Of a stretch of DNA of 64,000 bases, positions 48,728 to 62,097 are shown one piece after another; position 1 is the first letter of the stretch; each line of letters opens with the position of its first letter. Made by a program: the position numbers and the translations under genes. The notes under the pieces were generated by a model that saw only the letters and a list, made by a program, of their open reading frames with translations, was not told the DNA's origin and ran no database searches. This DNA is from Diadema antillarum (taxonomy: Eukaryota): contig NW_027272134.1 of NCBI RefSeq assembly GCF_040938485.1, forward strand, positions 806,001 through 870,000. The letters are read 5' to 3'.

Positions 48728-51354
48728 AGCCCTAGTACAGTGTTCGTCCCAGAAACCCTTAATTCTCAATGCTCAATTTCTCAATGCTCAAAAACATATA
48801 AAGTGTAATATATATACATATCATATATATATACAGAGTGTATATATGAGCACTGCGGTACATCTTGATAAAAGGAATTGCATGTCAACATCTTTATGTC
48901 CCCAAGTAGGCAGCAGTTTCCCATTGACACCTTGCTCAATGGTTCGCCCTCTCTCTCTCCCCCCCAGTGTCTACCTTTCTCTCTCTCCATCTTCCCTAGA
49001 TATTAATCTTTCTTTTTGCCTCTTGTCTCTCTCCCTCTTCCCCCCCCCCCCATCCCCCCCCCCCTCCCCTGTTTCTGTCTCTTGGGTGTTTATCCATCTT
49101 TTTAGTTACCTTCTTCTTTCTCCCTCACATTTTCTGTTTTCATATCTCCTCAATGCTCACATGTTTCCCCTCTCTCCCAATCTCTCTCCTGCTCAATTCA
49201 GCTCTTCAATGTCTTTTATATATCAAATCCACCTTTGTGATTCTCTCTCTCCTCCTCCACCCTCTCTTACTCTTTTATAAAACAGCCTGAAATTTCATTA
49301 TAAACAATTTTCTGAACCAAATGACCTGGGAATGAGTCTAATTCTCTCTTCCACGTATTAAACGGTCTTATATTTCCCCTCATTTCTCTTTTCTCCTTCT
49401 TCTTCGTCTCCTCCTCCTGTCATGACATTTGGATTGACTCATTAAAATCCGCAAACATCGAGCATCTTTTCCTCTTAGTCGAATGCATTCTGAGCCTCTT
49501 AAAAGCAGCTCACAGGCGCATTATAGTTGCTTCCCGAGCGCAGCTACATCTCCCTTCCACTGCCACAGGATTTGCCACGCCAAGTCTATTATTTCCTCTT
49601 CGTCTAGGACTGGCTGTTTACATTAGTCGCCACGTTTGTTGTCCTGTCTGCCCACTCAAGTACACTGTAGATGGTGCACTGTGGGGAAGACAGAGGAATA
49701 TCTAGTGCCAAAAAGGGGACAAAGCAAATTCCCATTTCCCCCCCCCCCCTCCTGAAAAAGAAAGAGCAAAGAAACTGAGCCTGGGGAAAATTGTCTGCAA
49801 TTAAGCAATGAAGTTATAACTGCTTGCATTAGCATATCATCTCATATCACAACACCCTCATATGAGAACCTGATTTTCTTTTTTAATCACTTTTTTGCTT
49901 TCTCCTATTTCACTATCATCCATGATTTCACCCTTTTGCAGGGCCTTATGTCAAACTAGCGTATCAGGGCAATAACCCCCTTCCCCAACAATTAACCCCC
50001 CAGCTAAATACTGGTTAGTGATAAGGGTAGAATAAAATTCAGGTTTAGGGTTAGGTTTAGGGTTACTCATGGCTGCCCTTGCATTGTGTGTGTGTGTGTG
50101 TATGCATACAGGTATCTTTCCATGCCCGGCTCATATAGCCCCATCATTCCTATTTTGTACTTCAATTTCCACAAACAAAAAGTTACTTGTCGAAACCCAT
50201 GCACATTGATTTCAAATCTATTTTTTTTCTTCAGTGAAAGATTGGCATTACAGGATACCTTCAGGGTATGGAGGGTTAGCCGCTTCATGACCCCACAACT
50301 TCTATCTTCGTTATCGATTATCAATCATCATTCTCTAGCACTGGTCCCAAGAGGTCAAAGTTCATGAGATGACATTCTGGCGGGACCTTGACCGGATGGA
50401 CAGACGGTCAAGGTATCCTGCGGAGTGTCCTACTTTTGGCTCCTTGCTACCACCCACAAGTTTGGGATGACACAGCCAGCTCTCGAGGCAGGATGGCTTG
50501 AGACACAAGAGGGAACCAGACGGGAGGAAGAGGCAAGCACCCTCCTGTCGTCTTACATGTAAGGAATACGCTCTGATGCCGAGACTCCAGCAAGAATTGC
50601 ATTCATACTGGAATAGATTTCGCCAAAAGGCAGTGGATGCGAGAATCCTCTGTCCTTGTCAGGCAAACACGGAGGCACTCAGCTCGCCTTGACCTGCTCA
50701 GGCTGAAGGGCATGTATGACCTTTCTTTTTTTTCTTCACTGCATACCCACAACGACCATGCTGGAATCGATTCACCCCCCCCCATGGAGGCTCCTCGGCA
50801 ATGACGACGATGGGGTGCATAATGTTATGTCGAAGGTATCAAATATTACCGTTTGTGATCAAACTGTAGCAATGCAGACCATGGAGAAATGACACTGTCA
50901 ATGCAGTTGTGGCTACCACACACATTGCTGTACAGGCATTGAAGAGAATTTTTTTTTTTTTTAAACGCTATGAGAGGGAGAAAGCAACTTATATCATTCA
51001 TTATCTATGATTTCATGTACCCCCCCCCCCAACCTTCCCATTAACACAACACTGGCTGGGCAAGACATTGACAAATGACCCTCAACAGAACAGTGGCATG
51101 AGCCAACGTGAGAAGCGTACCAAGTCTTTGACCATACGATCCCCCTTCACTTGCCCATCAGTTTTTAATGACTTTGGCGCTTTGGCTAAAGCAAAACAGT
51201 GATTAACTCTCCCTTACAAGTGCATTCTAATGAGAATAAGCCTAAGTACCAAACTATGGCTTTGGCATTAAAAACATTAAAAACATGTCACATTTTTTTG
51301 TTCTCCTTTCAGCAAAGATCACTTTACAAAAGTGAATATACATGCATGTATGTG

Positions 51355-51390
<36 letters not shown>

Positions 51391-52440
51391 CATGCGTATC
51401 AATCACAGCCATATGAATATTAAATCATCCTTGTATGTATAGAGGCCTAAATTGAATGTATAAGGTGATATCTACTATGCTAATTATTCCCAGGCACGTC
51501 CGATGTGCCTATGATTGCAAGCGCCGCATGGAATATCTACATTTGAAGGAAATGCATCTCATGCCCCACTGCTCCTAACATCGCATTAATATCACTGCTG
51601 TCAGAGAAGCAGAAATGTGTCTTCTTTTCATCACTTTCTGTTTATTCATCTCTCCATTTTTTTTTCTCTCTCTCTGCCTCAGTCTCTATCTAATCCATTT
51701 CCCTCTGGATGTGAATAAAACAGTCTCTCCAGTAATCCCATAAAGCCTGAATGAGGACTGGAATACGATGAATGCAGTTGGTCGATGCACAACATCCCAA
51801 TTAGGGCAGCGACACATCTAAATTCGCTTGTTAGCATCCCCATCCCCCTTTTTTTCTGTATGTAGCACCACACTGGAGTATGCAGAATCTACTAGTGCAC
51901 CACACCACTGCCTTCCCACTAGAAATAGTAGGAGTGTGTTCGTGCAGTCAAAGTGCTTATAGAGATGTAGATTTCAGAAAAAGCAACCAAATTTTCATGC
52001 TTTTATTGTGTTTATGAAATATAAAGTGAAGATTGAGTACAAAATAGCACAGAAACGAAATAAGTTAAATGCCCACTTCAAGAAGTGGTCCTTCTCAATA
52101 CATGATGTAAATCAAGTCTGACCTCAACCTTAGTTTGTTTAGTTCTCACATGTTAACACTATATAGCCACTAAACTACATTATATATATGTTTCACTCTA
52201 CAATTCTCATGTGTTACTACTCTTGTGCTTCAATCCTTTTGTTAGAAACTGTGCACTATTTTTGTAAATATGTTACTTAGCATTCTTCTTGTATCACTCT
52301 ATGTTATACACTGTCTATACGTTAATAAAAACAAAAAGATAAAAAAGTGCTTCAGCTGTAAAATAAAAAGAGAGAAAGGGGGGAGGGTGGGGAGTGAGCA
52401 TTCCCTTTCCAGAAAGATATAGCTCTATAACACTTTACCT

Positions 52441-52530
52441 CACCTGAACAATATCGGTAAATCTAGTCAACTGGACTTCATCATATACAAGTAAGTCCAG
52501 TTGACTAGATTTACCGATATTGTTCATGTG
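52441..52530. repeat. Near-perfect 90-nt hairpin (34-bp perfect stem, 14-nt loop)
   Basis: 52445-52478 is the exact reverse complement of 52493-52526. Confidence 0.95.
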
Positions 52531-54023
52531 ATACTTTACCTGGATGACTGAGAACATTCACAGACTTTACCTCACGCTTTCTCTCCTTCTTTCTTCCTCT
52601 CAAACACTACCTTCTCATTCTTTCATCTCACATTTCTAAATCTCTCTCAGCATAGATACAATGAAGTAGTTAGTGAAAGGGGGAAATAATACTGAAAGCA
52701 ACGACACAAACAATATACCTTATCCACTTACAAAAGAACTGTGAATGAACTCTCTCACTGTGGCTGACAATTTGTATTTGTCCAATGTCAAATGGCATAT
52801 TGGTTTGATGACCAGTGAGGGTGGAGGTATATACAGTTGCATATACGACAGTATATTTCATTCCATCTAACCAACCTCTAAACTGCTGTATATACTTAAC
52901 AAAGTGATGATTCCTCAACAGTATATAAATCTAAAGCTAGTTTTTTGTCACATTACTTACTAGTAAATGGTAATACATGTTTTAAACTGTAACTCCATTG
53001 TTAGCAAATTTCAAAGTGGCACTAAACATACAACTCAAATTGCTGTAAACCTGAGCACTGTGTCGCAACGACCTCCTACCCTGTACATCCTGTTTGTCTG
53101 ACAGTTCTGCTCTTTCTCCGAAAATCATGTGATTTCAACCCTCTGTATCAACCTTCACAACCTCACAAAGCATATTGTGTAAACGAGAACATCTTGTCGT
53201 GTACACACCGGGAGCTTGCAAGGGTCGGAAACTGCATCTTGGGTTGTGGAGATGACGCAAATACACCGGTGGCTATTTTTGTGGATCACTTCCCTGCTCC
53301 CCTCTTTTCGGAAGATACACTTACTTGAAAAAAAGAAGAAGAAAAAAATCAAAACAGAAAAATGAATCTCAGCCCCTACGTCACACACAGCACAACTTAT
53401 ATTGATTGAGAGCATGACATCTGTACACGTGCAGGACTTATGTAGGTAGGGGAAAAAAATAACCCAGAAACAAATAGGATAAGATCAACCCCACCCTCAA
53501 CTACCACCCCCATCTCCTTAATACACTTGCACATTGCCTTGGGGCAGAACGAGTTCGTGGCGTCATCAGTGTCGTCGACGACACCGGACAGCAGAGGCAC
53601 CGTAGGAGTTAGATGTCGATGGATCGTTACTTTCCCTCCATATTCCCAGAGTCCCCCCCCCCCCCACCACCCAATTCACACTGAGATAGACCCATTTCAC
53701 ATTCAAACTACATGAGGAGTTCCGTATAATTTCTCTTACCTGTCATGACTCATTGCACTATATACACATTGCTTCTAATAACCATCACATAATTTGCGGG
53801 TCATCGTTTCGCATTTGATAGGAGACAAAATAAGTACAAGCTCTTGAGTTCTGAGCCGGAATACTCTTACAAAACACACAAAAATATTGCTCCCTTGGCA
53901 TGAATAGCACGATATCTACAGACTATGGTAATAGACCCCATGGAAATTCAATGCCAGCAAAGCTCAACTTGTGCCTGGTGAAATTGAGTTGTTTGGCAAA
54001 TAAGGTAGATTCTGCTGGTCTCA

Positions 54024-54374
54024 GGCTACGTTTATCTAACTTGAGTGAGAGAATCACGTTTTTAAAACACGTTTGGAATGGTGTCTGCGAACCTGGTTTC
54101 AAGTGCGATTCTCGGGGTGCAGCGCTTATCTACCCATCATACAATCGCGGTCCCAGTGTTGTCTCTGCACAGCTGCTTTGCACCGTTCAACCCGGGAAGT
54201 GAAGGTCAAATGATGTTTAAAATTTGCATTTCTAAATATCCTTTGAACGACGTTTCAAATTGGCATTTCTAAATGCGTTTGAAAACACGGTTGCATTTAT
54301 CTAATCCCCAAAAATGGCTCAAACGCGTTTAGGATCGTGATTCCGCCTCAGAGAATTTTTAGATAAACCCACCC
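54024..54374. mobile_element. Shorter diverged copy of the 41566-42052 MITE
   Basis: Collinear similarity (ggctacgtttatctaacttgagtgagagaatcacg ... aggatcgtgattccgcctcagagaatttttagataaac) with an internal deletion. Confidence 0.85.
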
Positions 54375-54577
54375 TAGGGATCTCAGAAGCATGACAGTTA
54401 CACACAGTGCAAACTTAGGCAGAAAACAAAACACTTTCAAATAAAGAACTATTATGTAATACAACAGAATAGTTCAAAGCAGCATTTGAATGAAGTAAAC
54501 TTGACATTATGTGAGGTCTGTAACTGGGTGGAACGTAATGACATGCTGTCACTCCATTCAAACCTCCTGAGATATCA

Positions 54578-55258
54578 ATAGCTACCTTCAGACGGTGATC
54601 CTTAACTTCGAAGTTAAGCTCACTTTGAGGATAAGCTCGTAGCTAAGTACCATGTAGACGCACTGGAAGTTAAGCTAACTTGACGTTAACCCAATGACAA
54701 CCACAAGATTCTCAGGGTTCATGCGCAGTCCATGAACCAAGGGGGGGGGGGGGGGGGGGGTCCTCACTTAAAGCTAAGCATCTTGCAGACACAACTCTAA
54801 GGTAACCGTGACCTCTCTGTAAACCTCCATTCCCTTTAGCTTCCAGTTCAACCTCCCAAATATAAATACAGTACCTCTCATACTGGGGTCATCACAAATT
54901 TTCGGTTCTGTGGTTTTGTCATTAAGTGGCACGACTTGCTTGAAGTCACGGGGACAAGGAGCTTTCTGTAAAACGAGGAATGATTGTGCGCATTTTAATT
55001 TTGCGAATTTTGCGAGAGCCAAGATTCGCGAAATTAAAATGCATATGAAAGTTCTTGTCTACACTATGTTGTATCTGCATTGAATGTAAAAGGCGGTCGG
55101 CTCCAATTCGTTAAAATTTCATGCCATGAAAATATTGTGTTTTACAGTATCATCGATAAGCTACCTTCACGGATAAGCTTCGTTGTGTGGACGCGCATTG
55201 CTTATCCTCAAAGGTAGCGTAACTTTAAATTAAGGATCACCATCTGCACGTAACTATC
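54578..55258. mobile_element. TIR element hosting a nested MITE
   Basis: atagctaccttcagacggtgatccttaacttcgaagtt mirrored by aactttaaattaaggatcaccatctgcacgtaactat. Confidence 0.75.
54964..55149 (+). mobile_element. Diverged, internally deleted copy of the 211-bp MITE, nested in another element
   Basis: ctgtaaaacgaggaa...gttttacagta ends and the same internal motifs; lies between the TIRs of 54578-55258. Confidence 0.8.
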
Positions 55259-56619
55259 GACTCTAAATGCCGATACCACAGTGTACAAAGATGTCCCTTT
55301 TGGTAGCAACACACGTAACCATGGTGCAAAAAGGGGTTCAAGTAAAATGGGGGTCAAAGTTCATCCTTACATCTTCATTTAGGTCAGAATGACCTATGAG
55401 TGTACTGGTTCTTCTTCAGTATAATGAAAATATGAAGAGGTTTGTGCACAAGGCACACCACACAATGGGTAGTCCACAGCGGCCACTGGATTATTCCTCT
55501 AAGGGTACGACTTTGTTACCGCTTACTCACAGCATGAACATCGTAGGGAATCCCGGAGAACTGACAAACTGACAGACACACATACAACAAACTGACAGAC
55601 ACACATACAACAACACACAACAAACACACACCTTAAATGATGAAGTGATTCATAAACAGTCTGCTATATACATGGCACTAAAATACACAAACACACCTCC
55701 TGGACAGGAATTCTTGAGTGTGATAAATGTAAACTGCTCCAGTACTGTTGTTCAAGTGTCAAAACTGCTTGCAGGGAGATGCCCCTTTGACTGTGCAAAA
55801 CTCATTTTGGAATCTAGATCACAACCCCCCCCCCCCCCCCCACCCCCTGACAAGCGCATTTAAGAAATGAGAATGTTAGTTATCATATTTCCATAGCTTG
55901 ACTTTACCAGCTCTTACCCACAAGTCTCACTTCAACTTCAAGTCAGAATCGTGAGAGACATGTAAATGTAAACATAGAACTTGAAAACATTGGACGATAT
56001 TGCACACCACGCAGGATGTTGACAAAGTGAGAAAAGTATTACGCTTGAAATATCTGTCCTACTTCAGATCGAATACTTGAGATTTATGACCATTTTCTTC
56101 AAACCTCTGCTTGCATGGAAGTGAATACTGACCTGTTTCCTCTCTGCAGAAGAGTTTTCATGGAAATACTCCAGATTTGAGAGCCATTTTGTTTTTAAAA
56201 AAAGACGTAGAAGTAATGTGCAACATTACAATACACTATTCTATCATCCAGGAATACCAGCTTTGCAACAGGACAGCAGTAATCTGAGAGCTAAAAGGCC
56301 ATTATTTTTGCTGGAAAACAGTATTTTACCTTTCCTGCAAGTGCCATGTGTAATGATACCATATATGGGAAAATAGTATTTTTCATGAAACCTGTGATAT
56401 CTTTGGCAAATAAAACAATACAAATACTTTTAAGAGTGATAAGTGTTATTTCTGTATTATCTGTCTGACAAAGACTGGTGAAGTGATGATGGTTTCTTGC
56501 TGTCCATATAACATATTTCCACTGTCTCCCATGGAAGCCCCATGAGAAAACATGCCATGCATTTTAAGTTGAAGCAAAGTGGAGCTTTTAACCCCTGCAA
56601 ACATCCGGAATGGATCTCT

Positions 56620-57760
56620 TCCCTAACCCTAGTCCCCCCACCCCCCCCCCCCCCCCACTCATTGCCATCTCTTCCTAACCCTTTTCCTCTCGTCCTTGCC
56701 CTCTCCCCTTTTCCACCCTGTCCCCTAAACCCTCCTCTCTCCCCTCCACCTGTACCCTTTCCTCCCCCATCTATCTTCTCTTTCTAAAACCTTTCCACTC
56801 TCCCTCTTCTTTCCCATTATCCCTCACTTCTCCACCATCCTACATTTCCTCCCAGATGTCTGTCCTCTCCTCCTGGTCCTACTGCTACCCTCCAGCCCTC
56901 TTCCTACCAGTCCTCTCCCCTTCCTATTTCTGCCCTCTTCTCCTCTCCATCCTTTTTTTTCCCCTTCACCATCCCCTTCTGCTCTCTGCTCATTACCTCC
57001 TGCCCTAAATGCCCTCTGCTCCTCCTACTCTTTCTGTCAAACTGTCCTCCTCCCTACTTCCTTGCATCCTCCCTTTATTACCACCACCTCCTCCTCCTCC
57101 TCTACCCTATGATCCTAACCTCTTCCTCTGCCTCCTACCACTCCCCCCTCCTCCTTCTCCTCCTCTTCCATCTCCTCCTCCTTTTCCCTATAATCCTAAC
57201 CTCTTCCTCCTACCACTCCCCCTCCTCCTCTTCCTCCTTCCATCCCTTCCTCCCCATCCCTTCCTCATCCTCCCCTCCCTCCTCATCCTTTTCTATCTCC
57301 TCCTCCTTTTCCCTATAATCCTAACCTCTTCCTCTGCCTCCCACCACTCCCCCTCCTCCTCTGCCTCCTTTCATTCCTTCCTCCTCCTCCCCTTCCTCCT
57401 CATCCTTTTCTATCTCCTCCTCCTTTTCCCTATGATCCTAACCTCTTCTTCTGCCTCCTACCACTCTCTCCTCCTTCCATCCCTTTCTCCTCCTCTTCCA
57501 TCTCTTCCTCATTTTCCTCTTCTTCTGCCTCCTCCTCCTCCTCCTCTTCCATCTTCTCTTACTCTTCCCTAAGATCCTATTACTTCTCCTCTACCTCCTA
57601 CCACTCCCTCCTCCTCCTACCCCTCTTAATCATCCTTTTCTCTTCCCACCCTCATTGCCTGCTCTCCCCTTCTCCTTCTGCCTTCTCCCTCTCTCTCTCT
57701 CTCCTAAAGTCTTGCCCTTCATCCCCAAACCACCTCCCCTCCTCCCCTCACCTCCTTGGC
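56620..57760. repeat. Polypyrimidine tract with five degenerate ctatgatcctaacctcttcc units
   Basis: Units start near 57106, 57188, 57313, 57430 and 57570; almost no G on the plus strand. Confidence 0.8.
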
Positions 57761-58010
57761 CCTCTTCACATGGGGTATGAAGTACCATCCTGACAGTGTG
57801 TGACAAAGCAGCCTAATGACATGACAGAAATGTGCCGCTGTACATCCTAGGCCTAGCCAACCATGGTGCCGATGAGACCTGATGGTGTAACCCATACAAG
57901 AAAGTATCAGATCATGGATTTAAAATGTAATCAGAACTTCTTGTTTTGTTTCTGTCTTTTTTCATTTAACAGGAACCCTAACCACTGTTACCTACTTTTC
58001 TCATTTTTTT

Positions 58011-58041
<31 letters not shown>

Positions 58042-60460
58042 TGGGGGGAGCATATTGCTTCGTTTCACATTGATTTTTTTGTTCTCTATCTGGATACACA
58101 TATGTATGAATTTCACATAGTGCTAAATGCCTCATTTCTTTTTGATCAATTAAGACTGCTTGATTTGGTTCTGAACAAATTTCTGCCATTGTAACTTGTA
58201 TTCCATACATGCTTTAAATGGACAACAAATACACAATGGGGCTGGATCAATCAATGTCAGGTATTTTTACTGTTTTGTGGAATGATTAATCATGTGAAAA
58301 AATTCTTTTTACCACATTTGACACTTAACAATGATCATACAACATAATTGTATGAAAAAATGTGCTCCTATGCAGGAACAGCTGTCAGTGAAATAGAGAC
58401 CTAAGTAAACCTCTGATCCTCTGTTGCTAAACAAAAACTTACTAAATAATGCTCACGTTTCTAATTACACAGCATGAAAAATGTATATTTACTATATAAA
58501 TGAGATCCCAGAAATACATGTAGGGAGATACTTTCTTCTTTTCTTCATTTTTTTTTTTTGCCTTTTAATACAGTGCTGAAAAATGAAAGAAAATTGTTAT
58601 GCACAATGAGGAAAAAATATGCTAGTTTTATTTTACTGAGATTTGATTAACTGTGCAATAAAATTACTCTGTAGACTGGTATACAAACACATTCTAATTT
58701 TTTAGGCAGGCATCAATTCCTAGCACAGATCATTCCTGTCAACCAGAAAGGTTACCAGTCTTGCCATGTATAGTAGCAACTAATGCATGCACAGTGCATT
58801 CTAAGTATTGGAAGGCACTATACAGGTGGGTAGGACAGCTCGTTACTTTGGTCTACAGATCAGTGGAAATATCCCACAATTTTACACTAAGTATTAAAAC
58901 AGGCTTACTTTCACTACTTCCAAAGAAAATCCTGCTCAGTATTTGATCATGTCCGGTGCAGATACTCTTAAATTCATGGACTGTTCTATCAGGTGTATGG
59001 AGTAATTTGAAATTCATCAACTCCTTGCATGCCTTTTGAGGATCTTCTTCTGTTTTTTAACATGCACCCAATCCAATTTGTATTCATCAATCATTGCTAG
59101 TTAGAAAATGGCGGGACAAGATTTCTAGTTGCTGTGATAACTAGATCTTTTTATTCTCAGTGTGTGCATATGACGCTCTTTATACAAGACAATATTTACA
59201 GATAGTTATGCATTCTTTATACCTGGAAAAACTTCCTGGGCACCACAGCACCTGGTGATGTTTGATTCCAACGGGCTTTACATACAGTATTAAGTCTCCT
59301 CTGATCGCAGCTGGTAATAAGGAATCCTGCTTGTCGACCCACTCACACATTATCTCCAGCGACAGGTTAACAAATGCTCTGGCTGAGATACAGACACTTA
59401 ACCCACAGAAGACTAGTCCCATATATAATCAGGCATGTGTCTATGGGAAACGTATGTTGTTGCAAAATCAGTTCATATTCCGTGGGTTAATCACTCACAA
59501 CCACGTCAGCCATTTTAGCTGTGTAATACAAATGATGTGTGTTTTGCCACTCTTGGCTTCCCATTACCGCCATGTAATGAGCACTTTTTTCCCCATGGAC
59601 TAATGTATTGACTTATGGAGTATCTTCGGCCTTGCAACAAAGTAAAGAAATAGATGGCATGACTAAAACGACAAATATTGATGATTTAGGGCATGCAAGC
59701 AAAGCTACAGTATGCACAGAATCATGTGTGTACAGTATTCATATTATTTTTTGTTTTACTAAATATAACATGAATGTATTTCATGACGATTGTGGCAGCC
59801 TCAAGCAGCTTATGATTTGTGCAACTGACAAAAAGCATTTTGATGAAATTCTGACAGAGGGCTAAAAAAAAAATTATTCAAACTATACAATCATTATCAA
59901 TGATGTTTACAATATTGGAGCATATTATGATTTGACAGGATATGGGGAGGGGGCCTTAGACTAAGATAAGCAGTATCACATTCAATGCCACCCCATGATA
60001 GTTTCACACTATTTGCATATCTCATTATATTTTCTCTTACATGACCTCGAACGATGGTTCTTCAGTGAATTTCTACCAGCAGAACAGCCGTGCTTCACAA
60101 ACCATATGTTCACCCTCAACACTTCTGCCCATCTCTCGTGTTCACGCTGTGTTCATTTTCCACCTTCCACTTTACCTTGTTTGGCCCATGTTACCTCGGG
60201 TCTTTTCAATTTCCTTTTTGCATTGTATTTCCCTACCTGCTGGATGACGTTTCTGCCCCACCCTTCCACCTCCTCCTTCTCCGCCTCCTCCCCCCCCCCC
60301 TCCTCCTTCTCCCCCCTCATTATTATTTCCTACACTTTCTGCGACATGTGCACCATCTAAATGTATGAGCCCAGAGGAAGCGAAGGAGTATTTTTTCGTA
60401 TTCTTGACGAGTATCCTCTCCATTTCATTCCAGTCATGTTCTCAAGACACAATTTTCTTC

Positions 60461-61020
60461 CTTGTGTGCAAGTGTACACATGTTACATTTAAAGACACTC
60501 AGTCGTGGCGAGTGGTTTGTGCGGCACGGAGACGAACGCAACACGCTGCCTCCCCCATTCTGTATCAAATGTAGTGACCCCCGAATGAGAATAGCGCTGG
60601 CTCAATGGGTCAGCGAAAATACGGTAGGCTACAAGAGAGCTCCCTGTGCTTATCTCCTAACCCAAAATGGCTGTCCCAGCGAGCCACGAGAGCTTCCGAA
60701 TGGACGCACACTCTCAGTGCGCATGCGCATGAAGAGAGGCCAAAAGAGCCACGCGTCTTCTGGCCTCTCTCCTCCAATCACCGCAGCTCGCGGTGACAAT
60801 ATTTGTGTATGATGCGTACACACACACGCACACACACACACACACGCCGCAGCGTCTTCTGGCCTCTCTCCTCCAATCACCGCAGCTCGCGGTGACAATG
60901 TTTGTGTATGATGCGTATACACACACGCACACACATACACTAAAACTTGTCTCAGTGGTAGCATTACACGAACTTCGGTCGTTCGGAGTTTACGTACCAT
61001 TAGGGATGGCGATCGGCTGC
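60461..61020. promoter_or_regulatory. Intronic CpG-rich island with NRF1- and YY1-like motifs
   Basis: TGCGCATGCGCA at 60718-60729, AAAATGGC at 60664-60671, and many CpGs in a CpG-poor neighbourhood. Confidence 0.4.
60753..60935. repeat. Tandem duplication, 99-bp period, each unit ending in a (CA)n tract
   Basis: gcgtcttctggcctctctcctccaatcaccgcagctcgcggtgacaat occurs at 60753 and 60852. Confidence 0.9.
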
Positions 61021-61155
61021 CTTTAAACATTTTTCTGAAGGGAGGTGAGTGACCCCATTTACTGTTGCACTTGCCTTACAGATTGCAATTGGATACAAAT
61101 TGGAATGTTTATGGTTGTTTTTGTTTGCTTTCTGCCCATTACATCACAACTTTAA

Positions 61156-61540
61156 AGGGGTCATATAGTTTTAGTTGAGACATAACTTCAGGCTTCTAAT
61201 ATTTTTTTGTAAAATAATGAGAAACCTTTCATAAAATATGAAATAACATATAATATCAATTCCAAGAGGAATTCAACATTTATTTGATGAAAATTGGTTT
61301 TGAAATGGCGGAGATATCCGAGTAAGAGCGATCTTAATAAAAGGTGGGACCCACCTTTTATTACAATCGCTTTGTTTTACTTTGTTTTTGGATGTCTCAG
61401 CCATTCCAAAACCGATTTCCATCAAATGAACTTTGAATTCCTCATAGACTCATATGGTCTGTACTACATAAGTGGTTTCTTGGTATCTCGCAAAAATTTA
61501 AAAGCCCAATTCTCATCTCCACCAATACTATGCCATCCCT
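61156..61540. mobile_element. Kolobok-like MITE (TTAA/TTAT flanks)
   Basis: ttaa|aggggtcatatagttttagttgaga ... tctcatctccaccaatactatgccatccct|ttat; a partial inverted copy starts near 40471. Confidence 0.7.
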
Positions 61541-61883
61541 TTATAAAACCAAATAAAACACAAAACAAAACCTGACCTTTCAAAAACACTATTGCTAATT
61601 CTAATGAATCTCAATCTGACGGGGTAAAAAAAGTCTTTAGATAAATGCCTTGCCAATTCTAATTTCAAATTTATCAAGCTCTGGAAATGAGATAAAATAT
61701 AAATCTGCCTTTGTGAAATGGTCCCACAGACATTTTCACACAGCGCCTACATTCAAAGCACTGACTTCCACAGAAGAGACTGTTCTGAGAAGAAGTACTT
61801 TACACCGGAGTCATCATTTTCGGCAAGGTCTCCTGTTAACAGAGTAAAAATAACAATGCTGCTTGCTTCGGTTATCAAATGCA

Positions 61884-62097
61884 ATTGTCAAGCCAGAAAC
61901 ATTCATGGCATGAAACTTACGTGAACTGGATCCATCAGTCTTTTTCGCAGCATGAAACTTTCGCCAATTACTGCCCATGCAGAAATTACGAGCAAACTGC
62001 ATGTACTGGATTGTACACAGAAATACTGTCATGAATCATGGCTTCTTGCAAAATTTGTGAAAGTTTCACGCACTTCAAAATTTTTGGTTTTACAGTA
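61884..62097 (-). mobile_element. Old, CpG-decayed TACTGTAAAA-family MITE
   Basis: Ends in ggttttacagta; has decayed versions (CG to TG/CA) of the family motifs in reverse orientation. Left boundary approximate. Confidence 0.6.

Noticed and set aside
49470-49680. Minus-strand frame containing ILWQWKGD as a possible first WWE exon
   Set aside because: Bounded by in-frame stops and lacks the W.PY and IDL..M.Q motifs; at most a non-coding exon.
50041-50066. TTAGGG-containing run suggesting a telomeric remnant
   Set aside because: Only a few mixed ttaggg/tttagg units; such runs are common in dispersed repeats.
56125-56190. Strong minus-strand donor GGAAACAG|gtcagt giving ...FCREETG, like a WWE end
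   Set aside because: In-frame TGA eight codons upstream and no other WWE residues.
57009-57572. 187-aa Pro/Leu/Ser-rich ORF and similar ORFs at 42384-43587, 48846-49280 and 1015-1401
   Set aside because: Translations of pyrimidine-rich low-complexity repeats; no domain content.
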